Assembly: GCA_030584185.1 (NCBI GenBank)
Contig: CP129495.1
Location: 639,608 to 703,607, forward strand
Direction: 5' to 3'
From: Acidimicrobiia bacterium
GTDB lineage: Bacteria > Actinomycetota > Acidimicrobiia > Spongiisociales > UBA11373
DNA length: 64,000 nt
Below the pieces are notes generated by a model. It saw only the letters and a program-made list of their open reading frames with translations, had not been told where the DNA came from and did no database searches. Positions 57,713 through 64,000 of this stretch are shown here, in pieces. A program made the translations under genes and the position numbers. Each line of letters starts with the position of its first letter. Position 1 is the stretch's first letter.

Positions 57713-58335
57713 GCCGCCTCCCATGCCAGCCAACACGCATCACCACCCCGCTCAGAATCCCGCAGATCGAACGCCGACACCACCTCCACACCCGACGAGC
57801 CCGCCCACGACCTCGCCGCCTCCACAGCCGAGTTGTGAGGGTCTGGAACCTCCACCTCCACCCGGGCAGGCTGGAAGCCCTGAGCCACCGAGTACGCCTG
57901 CTCGCCACGACCAGCAGACCCCAGCCCCTTCGAGGCGTACGCATGAAGCGCCTTCGACGCATACCCCGAGGCCCCACGAGGGGAGTCCCACCGCTGCCAA
58001 TCGAACCCCCGATAACCACCACCGCCGCCGAACGACCAGGAGTCCTTCAGAGCCAGGAGCACCGACCGGGGGAGCACCGGGACGAGCACCATCCCGTTGT
58101 AGACCTCGAAGCCCATCCGCTCCGACCTCCGAGGCTGAACCTCCGGCATGAACGCATACGGCACCGCATCACCCATCGCCCGCTTCAGCCGACGAGCGAG
58201 GTTCGCCAAGTCGCCCTTCACCGCACCCCGATCCGACGCCCGATCCAGGTAGTCGTCGGAGTAGGTAGGCGACAACAGCACCCGCAGATCGTTCGCCACC
58301 ACGAACCTCCGAAGCCGCCCCACCGACCGCTTCAC
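57709..58335 (-). CDS. Rolling-circle replication initiator-like protein (phage G2P/inovirus-type Rep layout), HUH motif absent
   Basis: 'RS..RLRR...AN.L..LSPTY' (motif I), 'YAFMPE', 'GYASK..AYASK' (two YxxK), 'Y.VAQGFQP'; 208 aa; the frame stays open about 37 codons further upstream. Confidence 0.65.
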   Translation of the reverse strand: MKRSVGRLRRFVVANDLRVLLSPTYSDDYLDRASDRGAVKGDLANLARRLKRAMGDAVPYAFMPEVQPRRSERMGFEVYNGMVLVPVLPRSVLLALKDSWSFGGGGGYRGFDWQRWDSPRGASGYASKALHAYASKGLGSAGRGEQAYSVAQGFQPARVEVEVPDPHNSAVEAARSWAGSSGVEVVSAFDLRDSERGGDACWLAWEAA

Positions 58336-58376
58336 ATTGTCACGCCGCCGGTCGTCGTGGTCGAGTTGTGAGGGTG

Positions 58377-58383
58377 TATCAAG
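58377..58383 (-). other. Putative double-strand-origin nick motif CTTGATA
   Basis: Minus strand reads ...gttCTTGATAcaccctcacaa...; matches the phiX174/pC194-type nick heptamer; CCCGATCGGG palindrome just upstream. Confidence 0.5.
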
Positions 58384-58417
58384 AACAGGGGAGGCAGCCC
58401 GATCGGGTGTGCTTAGC

Positions 58418-58432
58418 GCACGCTGGCCGAGG
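58418..58432 (+). repeat. 15-bp direct repeat, right copy
   Basis: Identical to 56958..56972; companion motif TTGTGAGGGTG at 58366..58376. Confidence 0.85.
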
Positions 58433-58594
58433 GGACGGCGACGTCTTCAGTGCCTCAGCACCCCTGTCGGGACTTCGCCATCAGCTTCTGCCTCACGCTG
58501 TGACGACTCGGCCCCGCGCGATGTCGGAAATGCTGTGCACGCGCCATTACGAACGGACGGGACTTCCACTTCGACCCCGGTCGGAGGCCGTGGA

Positions 58595-58864
58595 TCAGTG
58601 CGTCTCGGGTCCCGTCACGTGTTGTTTGCGACGGGTCGAAGACAGGCCCGCGGCTACCAGAACTCCGACCGCAGCGCCTACGCCTACGTTCGCTGCACTA
58701 ATCACCACCGCGCTCACCCCGGTCCACAGACCCTCTCCCGCTTCGGCCGCGTAGTAGATGCCGGCCGCAGCGGCGACCATCGCCGTAGAGGCCCATAAGC
58801 CTCGCCTGTGGCGATGCAGGACTGCTCCCACCAGGACACCGACGATCAGGAGTGTGGGGTTCAT
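58595..58864 (-). CDS. Small membrane protein (89 aa)
   Basis: GGAGG RBS; MNPTLLIVGVLVGAVL...; three hydrophobic segments; 25 nt downstream of the secreted-protein gene. Confidence 0.7.
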   Translation of the reverse strand: MNPTLLIVGVLVGAVLHRHRRGLWASTAMVAAAAGIYYAAEAGEGLWTGVSAVVISAANVGVGAAVGVLVAAGLSSTRRKQHVTGPETH

Positions 58865-58889
58865 GACTTCTTCCTCCGCTCGGTAACAC

Positions 58890-59789
58890 TCAATAGGGGT
58901 CGTACCAGTGCCCTGTGGACAACAGCCAACTGCATCCACCCCACTTGTACAGAGCCCACGATGCCCACGAGGCAGGATCACCTGTTGCCTTGAACTCGAC
59001 AGTATGTTCGGTCCACGCGTCGATGGACAGGCAGAAGGTGCCATTGCGATACAGCCCATATGTGTGGAGACCCCGGTCGCACGACCCTGTGAAGTAGTAC
59101 GAGGATGAGTAGGTGGACCAACCGGAAGGGATGAACGGGGTCCACGACGACCACCGATTCCACGCCGTGGCGCAGGAGCCAGACCAACTCCATTGCTCAT
59201 TGCTGTATGTCTTCGCGACGTAGATGCCCACGGGGTCAGTGGTGTGACCTCGCATGAACCCCCGGTACTCGTAAGACGTGGCCGCAGCCGGCCCGGCTAG
59301 TGACTCCGATGTAGATGAAGCGTGTTCATCTACCAGGCCGGCGTCGGTCGCTACTCCCACCGGCAGCCAAGCACCTTCGAGCGTCTGGGAGCACTTGTCG
59401 AAGAAGAATCCGATCTCGCGCTCAACGTAGATCACCCCATCGAGCTTTGGTGCCTGAGCCGAGTCCACTGATCCCGAGAACTCGCACCCCGCCTCGCCAT
59501 CTCGCCACACTCGCTCTCCCAGGACCTCGGTCACCGAGTACTGGGGGTCGTAGTCGAGCAGGGCTGCTGACTGCGTGGCTGCGTCGAACATCGAATCGTG
59601 ATACCGATATTCGACCCGTCCGTCCGCGAACTTGACCGCGTCGAACATGACGCCTGCGACGAACGTGTCTACGGTTCCTGCGACAGCGTCACCGCCCAGC
59701 GACTCGCTTCCACCTGCGACGCCTACCGCGGCCGTACCGAGCGCTGTCAGTATCAGCACCGCCCCAACCAACAGCTTCGGAGGAACCAT
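58890..59789 (-). CDS. Secreted hypothetical protein with Trp/Cys-rich C-terminal domain
   Basis: AGGAG RBS, signal peptide MVPPKLLVGAVLILTALGTAAVGVAG; six Cys (four in the last ~95 aa); 299 aa. Confidence 0.78.
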   Translation of the reverse strand: MVPPKLLVGAVLILTALGTAAVGVAGGSESLGGDAVAGTVDTFVAGVMFDAVKFADGRVEYRYHDSMFDAATQSAALLDYDPQYSVTEVLGERVWRDGEAGCEFSGSVDSAQAPKLDGVIYVEREIGFFFDKCSQTLEGAWLPVGVATDAGLVDEHASSTSESLAGPAAATSYEYRGFMRGHTTDPVGIYVAKTYSNEQWSWSGSCATAWNRWSSWTPFIPSGWSTYSSSYYFTGSCDRGLHTYGLYRNGTFCLSIDAWTEHTVEFKATGDPASWASWALYKWGGCSWLLSTGHWYDPY

Positions 59790-60225
59790 GGCAACTCCTT
59801 TCCTCGGCATGGGTACCTCTCGGGTTCCTGGACTGCCCCCTCAGCCTTGGGTGATCCCAAGTTCTGCTAGGTTTGCCCAGAGTTTACCACACCGTTCGAA
59901 TGTTGCCAGGGCAACTCTGACCCATCAGGTGTTGGCAGGGCCGCTTCGGGACCCCCGACCTCACCGTCGAGCCTCGGATGACGCTTTCGGACGCTTTCGC
60001 GGCGAGGGCGGCCCGCCGGAGTTCGACGACCTTCACGCATTCTCACCCACTGATTCCGAGAGAGGACACCCATCCGATCAACGCGACTGACGGCTTCGTC
60101 CGTGTGGTACCCGATGTGAATTCGTCGGCAACCGGTAGGTTCGAATCGGTGGTGACCAAGACACCGGTCCACGGTGGTCGTGCCGTCGCTGACGGCGCCA
60201 GACGGACGGTGACGGTCGCTCGGCC

Positions 60226-60669
60226 CTAGCCGGGGAACAGCGTGGCGGTGTCGGCGAGCTCACCGGTCGAGTACGACCAGTCGTAACGGAGCGAACTCTC
60301 GGATCGGATCAGGTGCACCAGGCCGTCGTCGGAGCAGATGTCCCCGGGGTTCACGATGATGGTCTCTCGGGCCGTGACCGACACTCCGTCGATCTCGAGG
60401 AGGGTCAGGGTGCCGGCACAGTCGTATCCGGGGTAGCTGATCTCGGCAAAGACTTCGCCGACGGAGGAACTGCCGTTGAAGGCGATCCGGACACCGTATG
60501 ACCGGCTGTCGACCTGGGCAGCCGACCATTCGGATGCGAGGTCCTGGAAGAAGACTTCGGAGGAGACCTCGCTGGAATCCGGGGTGCTGACCGCCGGCGC
60601 ATCATCGCCTCCGCAAGCTGAAACGGCGAGGATCACCGCGACGACCGACAAGAGCCTGGCGTACCTCAC
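60226..60669 (-). CDS. Hypothetical lipoprotein
   Basis: Lipobox VSA-C, acidic linker, beta-rich domain with two Cys; 147 aa. Confidence 0.78.
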   Translation of the reverse strand: MRYARLLSVVAVILAVSACGGDDAPAVSTPDSSEVSSEVFFQDLASEWSAAQVDSRSYGVRIAFNGSSSVGEVFAEISYPGYDCAGTLTLLEIDGVSVTARETIIVNPGDICSDDGLVHLIRSESSLRYDWSYSTGELADTATLFPG

Positions 60670-60830
60670 GCTCCCCCTCTCGGTGTTGCTGCCAGGACGA
60701 TACTCCGCTCCCCGTCTCGGCGGCGACCGCCAAGAGGATCCGGTCGGTTGGGATCACCGCTTGTGGGGGTGATCGCCGGCCGGTGTCCTCGGGCAACCTC
60801 CCCATGCCGTGGCTGAGAGGCAGGACACCA

Positions 60831-61625
60831 TCACTCCGCCGAGCGCCGCATCAGCGTGTGACTCGCCAACGCCTTGACCGCGTCGAAGCCGCGGGCGTCG
60901 TACATCGAGCGAGTGCCTCGGAAGTGACGCGCCTCTGCGGCCTGCACGGCGTCGGAGTGGGGGTAGGCCTCGATCCATGCCACGCCGCGCCGGGCGGCAT
61001 CGGCGATCACGCGGTCGAGAAGCACCCCGGCGACACCGTGCCGACGGTACGGCGGTGCGACCACGTAACAGGAGACGCCGATCACGCTCTCCGGGACGGG
61101 ACCCTCGGGATCGACGTGGCGCAACGCCAACGGCGAGTCGGAGCCGGGCAGATCCGCGTAGTTGGCGCGAATCGAGGCATTGACCCATCCTGCCGGCCTG
61201 CCGTCCACGTAGGCCAGGTAGCCGAAGGTGCCGCCGCTGCGGAGGCGCTCGATCATCACCTGCCTGGTGGTACGCCACGGCGCCTCAGGTTCCTCGTCGG
61301 TCGGCGGTCGGTGGGGTGACAGGCAGTAACAGGATGCCCAGTCGGGATCGCCGGCGAAGCCGTCGTGGTCGAAGAGCTGCAACCAGTCGTCGATCCGGTC
61401 GCTCGACACCGGATGGACGGTGATCTCCCCGATCGCCTCGAGGCGTTCGGTGCTTCCGGTGAGCCGCTCGGTCGCCTCGGCGTAGTTGCGTGCGAAGTTG
61501 CGCAGCGCCTCCTCGGGATACTGCGTCTGGTGATCGGCGCGCACATGGGCGACGAAGGCGTCGGCGATCGCCTCTACATCGTCCCCCTCGAATGTCCCGT
61601 CGCCGGCGTAACACACCACCTGCAT
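60831..61625 (-). CDS. GNAT acetyltransferase with small N-terminal (DUF1059-like) domain
   Basis: 'WASCYC', 'GYLAYVDGRPAGW', 'VSCYVVAPPYRRHGVA..LL', 'IEAYP', 'FRGT.SMY...GF'. Confidence 0.85.
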   Translation of the reverse strand: MQVVCYAGDGTFEGDDVEAIADAFVAHVRADHQTQYPEEALRNFARNYAEATERLTGSTERLEAIGEITVHPVSSDRIDDWLQLFDHDGFAGDPDWASCYCLSPHRPPTDEEPEAPWRTTRQVMIERLRSGGTFGYLAYVDGRPAGWVNASIRANYADLPGSDSPLALRHVDPEGPVPESVIGVSCYVVAPPYRRHGVAGVLLDRVIADAARRGVAWIEAYPHSDAVQAAEARHFRGTRSMYDARGFDAVKALASHTLMRRSAE

Positions 61626-62152
61626 CACGGACTCCTCGGCCGAGGGGCCGATGCTATTCGGATGAGCCGCTCGAATCTGGAGACGGAGGGCACCGCTCCA
61701 GTTTCGAAGTCCTCGGACGTCCACGACGCTCCCCGGGCGAGGGTGTGGCTCCCCAGTCCTCCTGCAGGGATCCGTCTCGACACGAAACACGCCACGTCGA
61801 AGACAAGGACCGGCCCACTTCGGGGTGGCTCGACGACGATGGCCCGAGCGCCTCCACGACGCGTCGAGGGACCGGACCGACTCGATCCGAGACAATCAGG
61901 GCAGCCCTCGTCGCTGGGGTATCGCGGTCCCATGACGCAGGGAGCATGCCGCTGAGGTCGCCCCATCACAGGCCGCCGACGGAGACGAACTGCTTGTCGC
62001 GTCGATCTGATCGAACGCCTTGGTGCACCGGGGTGAATTCTTCGAGCTCCGGTCAGGGGGTTCCGGCTACTGCGATTGCACCTAGCCGGTAGGACGCCTC
62101 TTGCCGCGCCTCTGTGGCTAGCCGTGAGGAAGCCCGAGGACACGATCCTTGC

Positions 62153-63619
62153 CTACCCGCACAGCGCGGCGAGTGCCGGCTCGCAGAAGGCGACCTGGCC
62201 GCCGACGATGGTCGCCAGCACATCGATCCCGAGCAGGCCGTCGGCCTCCACCTCGAGGGGGTTCTCCGACAGCACCACCAGGTCCGCCAACTTTCCGGGA
62301 GCGAGGCTGCCCTTGACGTCCTCGTCGAACGTTCCGTATGCGGCCTCGATGGTGATGAGGCGAAGTGCCTCTTCGACGGTGATCCGCTGATCGAGCATCC
62401 AGGGTGCAGGGGCCACACCGCTCTCGCCGATTCGGGTCGCCGCCTCGTACAACCCCCCGACCGAGGATGCGGGCGTCCATGGCATGTCCGTCCCTCCGAT
62501 CACCTTGACGCCGGCGTCGAGCAAGTCTCGCCAGCGGCCGAGCCAAGCGACCCGGTCGGGTCCCACGGCTGCCGCAGCGCGGCCCCAGAACTCGTTGCCA
62601 AGCCAATCGGAGGTGAACCAGGTGAGCTGGATAGAAGCGATGATCCCGAGATCGCTCATCCGCTGGATCTGGTCGTCGCGCAGCACCATGGCGTGTTCGA
62701 TTCGGTGACGGTGAGAGATGTTCGACTCGCCGTCGAGCGCGGACTCGAAGGCATTGAGGACCAGATCGTGGGCTCCGTCACCCGAGGTGTGGATCGCTAT
62801 CTGCCACCCGGCGGCATGGAGGTCGCCCACCATCGCCGTCAGCTCTTCCTGGGTCCACGAGGCATGCCCGAAGTAGCCGGGCTCGTCGGAGTACTGCTCA
62901 CCGAGGAGGAACATCGACGGGCTTGCCCGGTCGACGAACACCTTGGCCCCTGCGATCCGGAGGTGGGGGCTGTACTCGTCGCGCGGGGTGTAGCCGGCGA
63001 ACCACATCCCGTAGTGATCGTCGTGGAAGTTGACCGGGAGGTAGGCGTTCACCCGTATCGGGAGTTCCCCCGCTTCGTCGAGTCGAACCAGCTCGTCGAG
63101 TCGCTCCTGGTTCACGAACATCTCGGAGATGCTCGTCCAGCCACCTTGCAGGACGGCTGCGATCGCCTCCTGGGGCTCTTCCAGGCCCTCCATCACCCGG
63201 TCGCCGATCCAGTGGGCGTGCGAGTCGATGAAGCCGGGGAGGAGGGCGCGGCCTTCGAGATCGATCATGACCGTGGAGGGCCCCTGGACGGCCAGCGCGT
63301 CGTCGACAGAGCCCACGACGGTGATCACTCCCCCGGTTACGGCGAGCGCCTCCGCCACGGGGATCTCCGCCTCCATCGTGATGACCGGACCGTTGATGAA
63401 GATCATGTCGGCCTCTGGGGGAGGCGGCGCAGTCGTGGACGATGAAGTCGAAGTCGTGGCGGGAGTCTGCGTCGGCTCCGGCGGAGGCGACGTCGTGGTC
63501 GCAGGTTTGGTGGTCGTGGTGTTCGAAGCCGTGGTCACGGCCGCGTCGTCCCCACAGCCGAAGGCGACCACCACCAGCAGTCCCGCGATCGCCACCAGCT
63601 TTCGCGTGGGCATGTCCAT
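62153..63619 (-). CDS. Lipoprotein amidohydrolase (YtcJ / amidohydrolase-3-like)
   Basis: Lipobox AFG-C, Thr/Pro linker, 'PGFIDSHAH', 'KVFVD', 'AIHTSGD', 'RHRIEH', 'GGTDMP', 'PGKLADLVVL'. Confidence 0.88.
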   Translation of the reverse strand: MDMPTRKLVAIAGLLVVVAFGCGDDAAVTTASNTTTTKPATTTSPPPEPTQTPATTSTSSSTTAPPPPEADMIFINGPVITMEAEIPVAEALAVTGGVITVVGSVDDALAVQGPSTVMIDLEGRALLPGFIDSHAHWIGDRVMEGLEEPQEAIAAVLQGGWTSISEMFVNQERLDELVRLDEAGELPIRVNAYLPVNFHDDHYGMWFAGYTPRDEYSPHLRIAGAKVFVDRASPSMFLLGEQYSDEPGYFGHASWTQEELTAMVGDLHAAGWQIAIHTSGDGAHDLVLNAFESALDGESNISHRHRIEHAMVLRDDQIQRMSDLGIIASIQLTWFTSDWLGNEFWGRAAAAVGPDRVAWLGRWRDLLDAGVKVIGGTDMPWTPASSVGGLYEAATRIGESGVAPAPWMLDQRITVEEALRLITIEAAYGTFDEDVKGSLAPGKLADLVVLSENPLEVEADGLLGIDVLATIVGGQVAFCEPALAALCG

Positions 63620-64000
63620 GAGGTCCTCCCCCGCCTCGAGTGCCGATCCACGCTCGCAGTCGTCGAGCGACGAGTCAAGCGGTGTCGCCAGTGAACCTAG
63701 AGGATCCCCCAGGCATGAGGACGACGCAGCGCAGACGGCCTCGGCTGACGGTTCCGCACCCTGACGGACGAAGTCGCTACTGCTCCCAGCCGTCCACCCG
63801 GGGCGCTGGTGGCATGGTCCGCTCCGCTCGACCGGGCATCATCACTTCTGCTGTGGCTGCCAGGAGCCGCAGGCAGCCGCCGTACCCAAGGGCAGTCGGA
63901 CGGTATCGGCCCGAGGCCTCGGCCCATGTGACAACTGCGAGCCCTGGGGTTGCGCGTCGCAATCTCGTCCCTCCGGATGGCAACCCGGAACCGTTGAACC

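Larger units (their letters stand above)
56909..58432 (-). mobile_element. Putative integrated rolling-circle mini-replicon or relic (~1.46-kb unit)
   Basis: Bipartite direct repeat at both ends, CTTGATA motif at 58383..58377, Rep-like ORF, strong C/A vs G/T strand skew, non-host codon usage. Confidence 0.6.

Noticed and set aside
56850-60200. Complete inovirus prophage
   Set aside because: No pI/Zot ATPase, no coat-protein run, no integrase and no dif-like site recognised; only the Rep-like module is supported.
59978-60229. 83-aa plus-strand ORF
   Set aside because: No RBS, no motif, opposite to neighbours; cannot be supported.
61630-62150. Possible ncRNA or gene fragment in the 520-bp gap
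   Set aside because: No tRNA, riboswitch or protein signature recognised in any frame.
63715-64000. ORF open to the window end (MRTTQRRRPR...)
   Set aside because: Arg/Pro/Ser-rich composition typical of non-coding GC-rich frames; truncated, so it cannot be assessed.

Overview
High-GC window, most likely from an Acidimicrobiia-type actinobacterium (inferred from gene content and synteny). About 55 kb is core genome read mostly on the minus strand. It runs ssrA-smpB-ftsX-ftsE-prfB-secA-hpf-comF; ahcY-PGI/PMI-Trm112-manB; a cell-envelope glycosylation block with DUF3499/DUF5719, cofD/cofE, an NDP-sugar synthase and an LCP protein; birA-pccB-biotin carboxylase, lpdA and methylmalonyl-CoA mutase; a class A PBP, a SpoIID-type protein, pepA, pduO, tkt and an M24 peptidase. 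Two accessory elements stand out. (1) A 1.7-kb island with no integrase, bounded by a 52-bp duplication of the tmRNA 3' end, carrying only an HTH + nucleotidyltransferase (AbiE/type IV TA-like) pair. (2) A ~1.46-kb unit at 56.9-58.4 kb bounded by a bipartite direct repeat, with a CTTGATA nick-site-like motif and an intact rolling-circle Rep-like ORF that keeps two YxxK motifs but has no HUH histidines. It is followed by further accessory genes, including a possible secreted toxin/immunity-like pair. Other points: prfB retains the +1 programmed frameshift, a response regulator-HEAT-HD-GYP cassette sits between hpf and secA, whiB and mtrAB-lpqB are missing from their usual syntenic slots, and many promoters look leaderless. 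All family assignments come from motifs read by eye; no database searches were run.
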